64,000 bases of DNA, taken from assembly GCA_020137815.1 (NCBI GenBank), contig CM035352.1, forward strand, positions 1,922,001 to 1,986,000, in the 5' to 3' direction. The notes below the pieces were generated by a model, which was given only the letters and a program-made list of their open reading frames with translations, ran no database searches and was not told the DNA's origin. The stretch is from Hormiphora californensis (lineage: Eukaryota; Animalia; Ctenophora). Below are positions 52,604 to 64,000 of this stretch, piece by piece; the first letter of the stretch is position 1, and every line of letters starts with the position of its first letter. The position numbers and the translations under genes were made by a program.

Positions 52604-52746
52604 GGGGAGGTTTGTTTCAGTTGATAAGGGCTGGAAGGGGAGGTCTGTTTTTCAGTTGATAAGGGCTGGAAGGGGAGGTCTGTTTCAGTTGATAAGGGCT
52701 GGAAGGGGAGGTCTGTTTCAGTTGATAAGGGCTAGTAGGGGAGGTT
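52604..52746. repeat. ~31-bp minisatellite (TTTCAGTTGATAAGGGCTGGAAGGGGAGGTCTG), about 4 copies
   Basis: Visible tandem units. Confidence 0.85.
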
Positions 52747-53238
52747 TGTCGCTGTTTTGCCTCCCTGTAACGCAAGAAGTCTGTCCATGACATACCATCA
52801 ATGGAGGGAGGAGATGTGGTAAATAGGTTGCGATGAGGAAATCAAGAATGGAACGGGAATCGCAGGGTAGGGCAATTTTGGGGTTGTGGCAAATAGAGGG
52901 AAATGGGGGGGGGGGGGGGGGGGTCTTCGGGAAAAGGAAACGCAGAAAATTTAGTTAGAATTACTAATTAGAAACATCAAAACGTAGAAAAATATTTATC
53001 TATCTGTGAGTGATTATAATTTACATATTGTATATCGTTTAACACCTTTACCATGCCATTTTAGGTTTAATAATTACAAAAACCAACACAAATATCAAAT
53101 ATAAGTCTCTCTGGTATATTTACAATCTTTTTACATCTGGTTAATTTGATTCGTTTATTTCTCGGAAAAATTGTCCTGCCTCTCCAAAAACAAACCCTCC
53201 AGGGGTCACCCTCATCCCTCATCCCAGCTCCATATCAA

Positions 53239-54500
53239 TTATCCTGCCCGTGCAAATCCATCATAAGCGGCTGTCTTCAAATACAAATTAGCATCCAGGA
53301 AATCAAGATATTTGATAAGATTCTTGGGATCCCTATGCAGCTGGAGGATCACATCCTTTTGGGCTAACGTCAGAGGCACCTCATATTTCTCCCATACCAC
53401 CTTGAAATCTTTAGCCTCTAACACCCCGGTCTGGTTGATATCCTTAGCGAAGAATTCTCGTAGTGTTGTTTTTGTGTTCTTTAACCCAAGCATAAAACAA
53501 AGTCCCTTCCTCCATAACTCCGAACTGTTACCCCTACCACCTACATCCGTATTGCATTTCCTTCATTTTGACTCGTACTTTTTCAGCAGCTTCTTCGTAG
53601 CTGTATCCTTATTTGTTACTGCTATGTTTTTCAGTGTGTGACCCTCTGCGTTGGAGATATCGGGTGGACAACCTCGAGCCATCAGAAACTTGATCACCTC
53701 CGACTGGCTGTCTCTCACAGCCAGATGAAAGGGTGTATCCCCCACAGCGTTCTGGAGGACCATCAACTCAGAGCCGTGATCCGCGAGGAGTTTCAACATC
53801 TGGAATTTCCTGTTTTTACTGCAAACGCAGGGTGTTTTACCCTCCACATCTGGTTCGTTTAGGGGAACACCCGCGTTAACTAAAATTGGAATTAGTTTGA
53901 AGTGGTCCTGGTTGGCGGCGGTAAACAGCAACCCCTCCCCGGCCACATTCTTACACTTCACATCACTACCCAGGGCTATAAGCGTGGCAGTTAGGTCTTC
54001 GTAGCCGTGCTGGACACAATGAATTAACATGGTTTGATCCTGTTGGTCGACCGTGTTGATGTCTGCACCCTCTTTCAGTAACAGCTCAACACATGCCAAA
54101 TGCCGAGAAGTTGGCTGCAATCCATAAAACAAGACATGTCGGTGTGATGTATCCCTGTCGTTTGGATTCCCCCCGGCCTCCAACAGCAGCTCTAAAATCT
54201 TCTTATTCCCCTTATCCACTGCCCGGATGAGCGCTGTCCGGCCCTGTTTATCTCGCTTGTTAATGTTGCTCCCCCGCTCCAGCAGGTAGCTGACCATCTC
54301 ATCGAGACCATTACACACACCCGCGTGGAAGGCTGTTTCCCTGGTGATGTAATCCAGCATGTTGATCAGTTCGGTATCCCCATGGAAACGAGCTTGTCAA
54401 CCTGTTTAAAGTCATTGTTCGTGACGGAGTACATTAGTTTTCGGAGTTGCTGTTCCTCTAGATTGGACCGCTGACCTCGTGTCCGCCGCACACCCACCAT
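53239..54500 (-). CDS. Ankyrin-repeat and EF-hand protein (ANKEF1-like), with frameshifts; 3' end uncertain
   Basis: ATG at 54500. LEEQQLRKLMYSVTNNDFKQVDKLV...LIN resembles the ANKEF1 N-terminus; multiple ankyrin repeats follow, then the EF-hand DINQTGVLEAKDF and IKYLDFL. Confidence 0.8.
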
Positions 54501-54836
54501 ACCTACAATTAGTTGTACAGTTTAAATGGATACACCGAACTACAAATAGACTTTCTGCAATTGTTTTGTTTCACACTCAATTCTATAGAGATGGGGCAGC
54601 AATTAACAACATTTGTAACACTGTAACAGTAGTATAGTGTAAAGTGAGAGTGGACCGAAACAGAATTGTACAAGAAAGTGGCCACCTTCAACAAAGGTTC
54701 ATGTGTCTTTTGAGAGCGGGAAAAAGGGAAAATGCTCAGAGAGTTATGCTCTACTACCTACATCAAGCTTGTTCAATTCTGTTTCGGTCCACTCTCACCA
54801 CATGTCACACACACTCTCTCCATATCTCTAGGTTTC

Positions 54837-54898
54837 TTAAGCTTGTTCTATATCTGGCAGATGGAAATTTCCATCTGCCAGATATAGAACAAGCTTAA
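54837..54898. repeat. Perfect 62-bp spacerless palindrome
   Basis: TTAAGCTTGTTCTATATCTGGCAGATGGAAA|TTTCCATCTGCCAGATATAGAACAAGCTTAA. Confidence 0.95.
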
Positions 54899-56697
54899 AA
54901 CAACGGTGTACAGTCACATGCATGTTATGTGCTGTAGTGAATAGGGGAGGATAGAGGTGAAAATGCGTGACTATACCCCAGGGGGGGGGGGGGTCTGTGT
55001 GGAGACTGGAGATGAATACAAATATACATTACTGATACCAAAACGCAACGTCAGAGCAACACTATTGAAATATCGATACATATTTTACATGAGAAAAACC
55101 AAGGGACGACATAAAATCTACAAATTAATTAGAAGTAACGTGCAGCTGACGTCTGAACAGACCATGGGGAGGGAAATGAGTCACACTACAACAGGGTTCC
55201 AAGGGACATAATGTTTGAATTGTTTAGTACTGACAAGGTACCCAGTACAGAACAGAGTACCCACAAGGTTACACAGTAGCAGACATATTCAGACAAGTTT
55301 AACAACAGTACAGACAGAGTACAGACAGATACATGGTAAAGAAGGAATGCATTCAGAATATAACACGGGCTAAACGCGATATATATGAATAATATTATGT
55401 AATATGTTAGAGTGTATTGACATCAAAATCATTCTTCACGACATCAAAATCATTCTTCACGACATCAAAATCATTCTCAACGAAATCCACTACACCACTC
55501 AGTCCATCGAGTGCCTTCTCGTACAGACTTCCATTATCCTTATTATAAAGTACAAATGCGGTCGTGGATGAGTATATTATGATTACCTATCCCACGGTCA
55601 AATGGTGGGGGGTTGCCAAGGCGTGGCTTGGGCGTGTTATGGGAGGTTGCACGTGCGTTGGTGGCAGCGATGAGAGGGGTGCTCCTTGGTGAGGAAGAGT
55701 GTTGGGGATTCGGGTCAACGGGTGCTTTACTTCAATGGGCTTTCTAGTCATTAAAACTCAGGAAAACCCCGGTACCCCCTCTCCTATTGGTGTAATGGGG
55801 GTACAACCGTAATTTCAATTGTCCCTCCAAGGGTGAGTTCTTGGCAGCCACCACTTTCCCACAATGATGTACCGCGGTTACCACGGTTAACGTGGAAGAA
55901 CATACTGACACTGCCCATACCACATTGGCAGGACACGGTCAGCGCCCAATAGTTGACTCTCCATCGCTGCCCATTGATCACTAGCTAGCTCTGCAGCCGG
56001 TTAGAAACTTGTCCTACTTGTAGGGTGGCGTAATGGATCAATATTGACGGAATTGGGCGGGCAGGATCCTGATACCCCAATCTGTTTACAAAAATGACAA
56101 AAGTCCGTGTTTGGGCATACAGCAAATGGCCGAAGGGAAGCCGTGGCGCTTAACCCGACTCGGGTTGTTCAGCAGGAGAAGACAGATTCGGAGAGGAGAG
56201 ATGCCCGAGGATGGCATTTTGAATTGCGCTTTGTGGGTCAGAACAAGCTTTCTTTCTTTCTGGAAGTCTTTCAATCATGGAATCTCTAACGTTGAGATGT
56301 TGCTTTCACATCGATGTCACTTCCGCCGAGGAAGAAACTGTAATCTGAATTCCTATCAATCTTCGCTGTTTTTTGGTAATACTTTCAGATTCCCGACGGA
56401 GATATTTGTAACGGCTAGCAACAGCTAACTTGGCCTTTTTCACGCCTCTCCTCAGAATCTCTGACTTTTAATCACCGTCTTGAGATTTGTCCCAGCCCTT
56501 CCCCAGTTCCAGCTGGACTGTGAATGCCATCACCAAATTGTTCGAAAATCAGGTTCCTCAGCAAGAATTGAATCCAAGTGTTCCCCTCTTCTCTCTTGCC
56601 CTCATCAGGGTATGACTGGGCGTCCTTAACTGAGATCTGTCGTTGGTTCCAAGCTTTTACCTACCACCCTCCCCATAGTGCAGTACTGCTCAGAGTG

Positions 56698-56832
56698 TGT
56701 TGCTACGGATTGTTGCGTTGCTAGGGATTGTTGCGTTGCTAGGGATTGTTGCGTTGCTAGGGATTGTTGCGTTGCAAGGGATTGTTGTGTTGCAAGGGAT
56801 TGTTGCGTTGCAAGGGATTGTTGCGTTGCTAA
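56698..56832. repeat. 18-bp minisatellite (GGGATTGTTGCGTTGCWA), about 7 copies
   Basis: Visible tandem array. Confidence 0.9.
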
Positions 56833-57354
56833 GGAATGTTGCTGAGGGTTGGATGCTTAAGTAACGCTGCTCTGCTAGTATGATAAGGTTGTTCAAGTTG
56901 TTTGTTGCGTACCTGGGACGCCCGTTGAGCCCACTCGTAAGAATACTAAGTACGTCAGGAATATTCATTCTAAGATTCAGAAAATCATCAATAACATGAA
57001 AAATAAATTTATAAGCTAGGCTAGAAAGAATAACTATGCTCATTTTGATCTTATTTTACTAGTACAAAACCAAACGTAGCAGTGGAAATGGGCACGCTTT
57101 GTGGAGAATGAGTGTGGAGAATGGGCGTACTAACAGTGGTGCTCTATTTTCGGCTGAGTGTCAAAGACGCACAATGCGCTAAGACTTAGCCCAGGCCGGT
57201 CACTTCAAATCGTCTGAGGAACCCTATCATAATCGTGGGGGGGGGGGCGTTTATACTGGACAGGAAATTGTCATGCGAATTAATCAAGCAAGATTATCTT
57301 AACCGCCACTTTATATTTCCACCGAGTTAATGGCTCGGGATTTATACACTGGGC

Positions 57355-57993
57355 GGGTGTTCATATGGATCTTTACATAGCGTTGGGCTTCACCCAGAAA
57401 CAGTTGACAAAATTAGCTTATGAAAATTCATACTTATGGACTATTCTATACCCTCATCAGGTTCCTGGTGTTTCCGGAGCTCTACTACCCTGGAAGGGTG
57501 TTTTTGGCAATCAAAACAGCCATAAGGAAATTTTTTTGCTGGTGCTGAGACTTTGTGCTAAAAAAAATGTTTTTTTAGCATTTTTATTCAATTCCAAAGT
57601 TTCATGAAGAATTGGATTGTGTGGTTTTAGTCACCAAGTTTCCAAATAAACTGGCTAGAAAGGCCCACAAAACAGCTAACAAACACAAAAATTGATATTT
57701 TCGAGTCTTTCCAGGCACTTTTTCGAAATTTTTGAGTTCATCCAATCATCATGAACTTGGAATTGCATAGAAATAACCCAAAAAACATTTTAGCAAGTCT
57801 CAGCACCAGCAAAAAATTCTTCTTGTAGTTTTGATGCCAAAAACAACACTTCCCGGGGTGCTAGAGCTCCCAAACGCACCAGGAACCTTGAATGAGGGTA
57901 TAGAATATCCAAGTATGAAGTGTTCATACGCTAATTTTGTCAACTTTTTTCTGGGTGAAGCCCAACGCTTGTAAAGATCCCATATGAACACCC
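57355..57993. mobile_element. Diverged foldback / long-TIR non-autonomous DNA transposon
   Basis: GGGTGTTCATATGGATCTTTACA...TTGACAAAATTAGC is mirrored at the right end ...GATCCCATATGAACACCC(TGTA). The imperfect arms extend about 250 bp. Confidence 0.75.
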
Positions 57994-58289
57994 TGTAGTA
58001 CATAGTTTTTTACCCCAACCAGCCTTGGTAGAAAAATCAACAATATTTGCTAGTATTTAACTGTTAGATAAAGACATTATATAATACCCAATTCGTTAGT
58101 AATTCAACCCTGTTCGATTAAAGACATTATAATATGCATTAAAGTTTACACAATATACTTTAAAAGAGAACTCAACACTAAAAAAAGGTAAAAGAGTTCA
58201 TTAGATTACTTTGTATTATTAATGTTTATCGAATTCAGTTTAAGTTGATTCCATTCTAGTTTCTACAAATAACTTTTATTACATTAAAT

Positions 58290-60020
58290 ATGGTTACACA
58301 GAAATATCCCCTGTTAATTGGTCGTCAGTCCCAATAGATGAGTTGGTGCCTTGGACAAACACATCCTCAATATTTGGTCCCCGGTTCAGCATACATTATT
58401 ACAATGGCAAACACGTAAGTCTCGTCCTCCTTCACATTGTAAACACTGAATCAAATCCCGAGAACCATCCACATGGGGGCAAAATAACAGTGAAAGAAAA
58501 GAATTTTCGTTCGGCGTATACCGTCCTTCCACCATGTTCTGAAAAGTTTTTGTTTAAAAGACTTTTCTAAAAGAGCCCTCTTACTGCGTGATGGAGCAAT
58601 TCAACAATCAATTGGTGACACAGTCACCCCTACACTAGCCGTGCGCATCGCGGCTAACGAAGCCTGCAAAACATTATAGGGGATTTCATCACCAAACCAA
58701 TCAAAACGTTCGTCAGGCCCCTGGTTTATTACTTACATTTATTACTCGACTGAATGTTACTTTAGAGGTGTAACCGACTTGGTTTGAGTGATCGTAGTAC
58801 CATATGAAATGACTCAGTACGGTAGTAACAATCACCAAAAGAACCAGAGGAATGACTCCAGGACAAATTCCGATCTCTTTCTTCCATTTGCTTTGAAGTG
58901 TGAACAAGACCATACAAATCAGCACCATACAAAAGCAGTGGGCACTGGTTGAGCTAATCGCTCACCCAAGATATAGTAGTAAGAGCCATTGAGTGGTATA
59001 ATCAACCAATAAGATCTTGTTAACAACAAAACGTTCTTCCCGTTCATCTCTTTTTGGGGGTATTTTCCTCCAAGAAAAATCTGAAAATCATTTGCGTATA
59101 TGTATGATTATATACAATTATATCAAGAATTAATTGAAATGTAGGCCTGAAAGGTTGCCCTATTAGTCGAGTTTAAGGCTTTGTCCAACGTTTTCATTCA
59201 TTAGGATACAGACATGTTGCAGAATGCAGATACAATGTTGTGTTCAAAAGTGATTGTGATGCTGTCAAAAGTACCTCAATTAATAGGAAAATCTTCCCGG
59301 CCTACTAATTTCAATTATTTTTGTTATAATTTACGTATTTTTTCCCTGCCATTTTTCCCTGCCCGGGATCTCTTTTTGCTTCGCAAAAACGCATAGCAGG
59401 GTTAAAATTCGAAAACGACATTTTGGTTATTGCCAGGGGCAACGGTATAGCCACGCACACAGTGATGAGCTGCTACTTCATCAAACACGTCATTGACACG
59501 TCTTCAGGAAATGTGTGGTGCGCAATGTGGCTGCGTGGCGCGCAATTTTATGTTACTAAAACACAAGGTTTGTTCTATTATCTGGTTTGTTCCGATATTC
59601 CCGATATTTATATATAATCCATCGGATTTTCTTTGTGTCCCTTTGCTGCTACAGCTAATGTACCCATGATTTCCTTTCTTCTCAGCTTCATAGGGCAGGG
59701 AAATTCAGCATTATGTTAGAACATAATACAATCAATCTGGGCCCCAGATTCTGGGGATCAATCTTGTTGGTGTATCATATATCCATGCATGATGTGGTAG
59801 AGAGAGGTTTAAAGTGATAACGAAATTTGTTATTTGTTTCGGACGATAGAGTAGACTAACCAGGATAATGCCAAAAACTGCAACGAAGAATCCGACGAAG
59901 TATACAATCCAGTTTCTGTCATAAAATACACTCCATACCTCCAACATCCCGTAATTTTATACAAATGAATCATACCAGTTTGAAGATCCATGTAAAAGCA
60001 TGATACCGTAAATCAATCCC
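58290..60020 (-). pseudogene. Degraded or error-laden multi-pass membrane protein coding region
   Basis: Hydrophobic TM-like reading segments (WIVYFVGFFVAVFGIILVSLLY; VIPLVLLVIVTTVLSHFIWYY) interrupted by stops and frameshifts. Family not recognised. Confidence 0.35.
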
Positions 60021-60097
60021 CTTATCGCAACCCGTTTTTTCCGAAGATTGAGGGCCCGGCTGCTGGACGATTTCCATTGGTTAAGACCAGGATGTGG

Positions 60098-60195
60098 GTA
60101 GGCACTCTGAGGTGGGTAGGACCCCTGAGGTGGATAGGACCCCTGAGGTGGGTAGGCACCCTGAGGTGGGTGGGCACCCTGAGGTGGGACCCCTT
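60098..60195. repeat. 18-bp minisatellite (CCCTGAGGTGGGTAGGCA-like), about 5 copies
   Basis: Visible tandem units. Confidence 0.85.
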
Positions 60196-61328
60196 GGGGT
60201 GGGTAATAATAACCCGCAGGGTAGTATACTGGTTGGGGATAAGCACCCTGAGAAGGAGCTCCTTGAGCTGGAGGAGGGTGTTGCCCTTCTCTTCTCCGGC
60301 GTCACTTCCGGTGGTGGGTCCGACTCCTAATAGTTAATTCGATTGTCAGCTGTATAAATTTGCAGAAGGAAATGGCTTCATTTAGACTAAATATAGGGGT
60401 AAACTGGAGTTTCAAAGAACAACACACATTTGAATTGCAGAAAAAGGCCAAAAACAAACACGCGTTATATAAATGTTTTGACCTAAAGTTCAAAACATTC
60501 TATGAAAACATGGTGGCTTATGGGCTGTGGCATTGCCACAACAGAATAATTTAATTCGAATTATAAACAATAAGCATCCTACAACACAATGCATCGTCTT
60601 GAAAAGTGATGATGATGATAAGGAGATCAACTGTACACGGTGAACAGATCATTGTGTATTTTGTCCCTCGGGTCCATTTGTTAGCTGCTACTGTGTATGT
60701 AGCTACTAATGACGCACACGTACAGTGTACACAATAAGCCTACCACGTACAATAAACAAGAGCAAGAGAGTACAGAGTAGAGGGATAGAGATAAAGCGTA
60801 AGAGTAGTGCGAAAGTGAGAGAGTGAAAGAGAGAGAGAACGAGAAAGAGATGGAGAGAAGAGAGAAGAGAAGAGCTAGATGATAGATGAGAGATTAGATC
60901 TGTAGAGAGAGATATCATAGATATAGAGAGAGCGCGCAGAGACATATTGCGAGTGATATATAGATCTCTCTGCTCTATCTCTAGCTGCGCTCGCTCTCTC
61001 GTCGCTTCGCTCTCTAGTTCTCTACGCATCTCACTCTCTCTATCGCTCGCTCTATAGAGAGATATATATATCGATATTCTTTTCCTCCTCTATAACATCT
61101 CATCTTTACTTTTCCTATTCATTTGGGTATAATTTGCACCAATCCATCTTCTTATTGCACGTACGGCGGGGGAAAACACTCCAACTGTCCTCATGTGTGA
61201 CGGATAGAATCTAGATAGGAGAGATAATAGAAACGAGTAGAGAGAGAGAGTATGATATATAGAGTAGATCCCTCTAGCGCTAGAGAATCCTATAGCTATA
61301 GTAGATCTAGCTAGAACTACTAGCATAT

Positions 61329-61395
<67 letters not shown>

Positions 61396-61566
61396 CGAGA
61401 AAGAAGAATGGCCAATGAAAAACAAAAGATGAGGTATGTAAATGAGTTGGCACGTGAGTGTACTTATCAGTTATCATGTACTATGAGCAAGCAATAATAG
61501 TTTGTTGGCCTCAAGTGGGGCTAGCACTTCGTATAACACACATAACAAGTAACATTTAAAAGAATG

Positions 61567-62115
61567 TTAGATCGGTGCTCTGTGGTGCCAGCGGTACTGA
61601 GTTTTGACAGGATAATCAGATGTGATAACCTCTCCCCCGATATCTCCCTCACTACCTTCTGTTGCCAGGGAAACACGGAACTCCGGCAGGACCTCCCCCT
61701 CCTCAAGAAGAGACTTCATCTGTACTAGGGCATCTGCGAATATGCCTTTCACCATACACTTGACCGTCAAATCATTTTCATTATAAAGTGCATTTTCAAC
61801 GGCCTCCTTGTTACTGTGAGTTTCAAACCGACAGTCACTTTTAACAGTCAGATAACCGAGCATTTTACATCGCTCAACTGCTTCAGATTTATCAAAACTA
61901 TTCACATATATACTCTGGTTTCTAGCGTGTGTTTTTCTTTTCTTCTTAGCTTTGTTACTCTGTGCAGAAGTAGAGTGAAGGTCAGCCACTCCAATCTCTC
62001 CAAAATCAGATGAACTGTGTGGTAAATTCACTGTTGGTGGTAGAGGTTGAGGTAGCTTTGCTGTTGCAGGTCCCGTCACATTTCCACCGTGTGCGTCACT
62101 CACACTTCCGTTCAT
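61567..62115 (-). CDS. Hypothetical protein, 182 aa, with basic NLS-like patch
   Basis: Intact ATG-initiated ORF of normal composition with KAKKKRK; lies 154 bp downstream of the TFB-like gene on the same strand. Confidence 0.55.
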   Translation of the reverse strand: MNGSVSDAHGGNVTGPATAKLPQPLPPTVNLPHSSSDFGEIGVADLHSTSAQSNKAKKKRKTHARNQSIYVNSFDKSEAVERCKMLGYLTVKSDCRFETHSNKEAVENALYNENDLTVKCMVKGIFADALVQMKSLLEEGEVLPEFRVSLATEGSEGDIGGEVITSDYPVKTQYRWHHRAPI

Positions 62116-62269
62116 TGTTTAGTAGCTATTTGGGAATTTGGGAAGTCAGAAGTATTGTTGCGACATATAATATACATATTTCAAGTCTGCAGACTATTAT
62201 AAAACTATAATTATAAAACACAATGATAGACATTTTAAAAACGGTACATAACAATAAAAATAGATATCG

Positions 62270-63196
62270 TCACCTACTCTCCTTATTAAAAAGCTCAGTT
62301 TTAGAGGGAAACAAATGGCTAACTTCCACTAGCAACTTTAAATCTCCAAGGCCAAAACTATCAGGTGTCCTCTCTAAGCTCAAGCCGATACCCTCAAACT
62401 CTCGGACAAAGTCTCTTTCGTTCTCAGGAGTTAGAACACCTCTCCTTGCCAGGACCTGCCACAACTCCTTTTCTCCGTAATAAGTTATACAGCTGATAAT
62501 GTCTTCTAGCCGCTCCAGAGAGATATCCAACACAGGGAGAACACGGGGTCTGAGCTTGACAACTTGGGCATTAGAAGAGGCATTGGTTGTGAAGCAATGA
62601 GAAGGAATGACTGGTCCTAGTTCAGTGTGAAAGTAGTTGCTAACCACGACATCAAATGGTTTTCCAGGTATGCTAGTATTTCCACACATCCGGTTGGCAC
62701 GTTGCTCGGCAAAATATCCGCTGATCAACACAGGCTGGTATGAGAACAGTTGCGTGGTGTTAGTATAGTCACGAATCAACTGGTCCAGATAGAAAAAGTT
62801 TTGGTAGAAGTTAGCGAAACCCAGGGTCACAATTAGACGTTCATCCGGTGTTTTTCCGGCATACTCGGCGTGAAAGTCCATGAAATGTGGGTTGCCATGT
62901 TTGATAGAAAACTGTGGATGCAGCTGCTTAATTTTAATCAGGTGGCTGATGCATTCGCGGTTAAACTCAACAGCCAACAACTTTTTGACATTTCGCTTTA
63001 GCAACTCGACTGATAATTGGCCAAATCCAGCGCCTAGTTCACAAACATTATCAGCTGGGTTAGGATCAATAAAGTTAACAATACTCTCTGCTGCTCCGTT
63101 ATCAGTTAGAAACGATGAGATACCGACACTGGATTCACGTGTGACAAGGGAAGCTCTTACTATGTCACTTTTCCGGGGAAAACGGGGAAACTTCAT
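62270..63196 (-). CDS. KsgA/Dim1-family rRNA adenine dimethylase / mitochondrial transcription factor B (TFB1M/TFB2M-like); probable start Met at 63196
   Basis: FLTD...IV, motif I VCELGAGFGQLS, LLAVEF, IPSHCF...VVKLRPR. N-terminus MKFPRFPRKSDIVR resembles TFB1M. Confidence 0.8.
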   Translation of the reverse strand: MKFPRFPRKSDIVRASLVTRESSVGISSFLTDNGAAESIVNFIDPNPADNVCELGAGFGQLSVELLKRNVKKLLAVEFNRECISHLIKIKQLHPQFSIKHGNPHFMDFHAEYAGKTPDERLIVTLGFANFYQNFFYLDQLIRDYTNTTQLFSYQPVLISGYFAEQRANRMCGNTSIPGKPFDVVVSNYFHTELGPVIPSHCFTTNASSNAQVVKLRPRVLPVLDISLERLEDIISCITYYGEKELWQVLARRGVLTPENERDFVREFEGIGLSLERTPDSFGLGDLKLLVEVSHLFPSKTELFNKESR

Positions 63197-63588
63197 ACCA
63201 CTAACTGCTATGGAGTGAATTGAATCATGTAGAAACAAGTCTTTTGTTTGGCAAAAAAAACAAAAAATAGCTGGAATTAATAAACGTGGATACGAGTTTC
63301 TTGGCTGTCGAAACGGGTTAAAAAGTTTAAGTTTATGCACAACTTATCACCAAGTCACACAAACTCAAAGCTGCCCGCAGCCCGTTAGGGTCAGGTTAGG
63401 GCTATTTTTGGGGTTAATGGTTTGTAATATCGATTATTTCACCCCTTCCTTATTTCGTTATTCTTAACCTTGAAAAACCGTGAGTGGCGACACTTTAAAC
63501 GCCCAGATTTTCTCAAAACGCCCAGATTTTCTCAAAAACGTTCTTGTGGAAACAGTGGTAACCAAATTTGTCCTAAAAGGCCTTGCAG

Positions 63589-64000
63589 CTAAAGATAATA
63601 TATCAGCTAAACTACTACAAATTGAAGCGGAACAAAATCATGTGTTCTTCTGGCAGATTGCTGCTACCAAAAGATATTTGGTTTGGAAGTCGACTCAACT
63701 AGACGGTGTCCAGATCCAGGATTCTAACAGAGATTCAATCAGAACTATTAACTTGGGAAGTTTAGAGCCGGACACTTTCCTGTACTCAAAAGAGGAAATG
63801 AGACAGTACACATGTAGTTTATGGGACCGGTCACTCAAATCATCGATTAACCATTTGACTCGAGATGACCCTTTCAGCATACTTCCTATTCACTCTCAAG
63901 AAGAACTCGCCAACCTTATCAACTCAGAGGCCATTTTGGATTTCCCCATAGTTCCAAGAAACATGTCCCGACAGAACTCATCTCAGGTCTTAGACTTTGT
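63589..64000 (+). CDS. Probable exon of an unidentified gene running off the window end (divergent from the TFB-like gene)
   Basis: After acceptor TTGCAG (63588) the frame stays open to 64000 (AKDNISAKLLQIEAEQNHVFFWQIAATKRYLVWK...). Upstream GTGAGT donor at ~63480. Confidence 0.5.

Noticed and set aside
55600-56650. Possible coding remnant (higher GC, short ORFs)
   Set aside because: No recognisable motif or consistent exon chain; cannot support a call.
60700-61400. ORFs in the AG/AT-rich stretch
   Set aside because: Garbled dinucleotide low-complexity sequence, probably a poorly resolved microsatellite.

Overview
Eukaryotic, intron-containing, very compact animal genomic DNA. It is most likely a ctenophore of Pleurobrachia type (inference from nested intronic genes, tight gene packing, and an interspersed repeat at 41588-41677 that I recall as typical of Pleurobrachia bachei). 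The main feature is a multi-exon eukaryotic (RNAi-type) RNA-dependent RNA polymerase gene from before base 1 to 15983, with DLDGD at 5663-5677. I could splice it by hand, in frame, past the normal RdRP end into a ~700-aa extension. That extension looks like a degenerate TUTase/non-canonical PAP fold, then a KH-like module, then an unassigned beta-rich domain. Three opposite-strand genes sit in its introns (F-type-lectin-like, GPCR, C-type lectin). Downstream lie TRIAP1 and USE1 (33 bp apart), AMDHD1, PNISR, RTCB (hosting a sulfotransferase-like gene), and a candidate ~345-nt pseudoknotted ncRNA upstream of RTCB. Next come a composite foldback/LINE/MITE insertion and an ABCC-family gene with degenerate NBDs that hosts a same-strand secreted-protein gene. 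The window ends with a co-oriented intronless cluster (ANKEF1-like, SPIDR-like, SF3A3, CFAP418), a TFB1M/2M-like gene and several non-autonomous DNA transposons. Single-base indels break many essential genes, which points to consensus errors in the assembly rather than pseudogenes. All domain calls come from reading motifs by eye; no searches were run.
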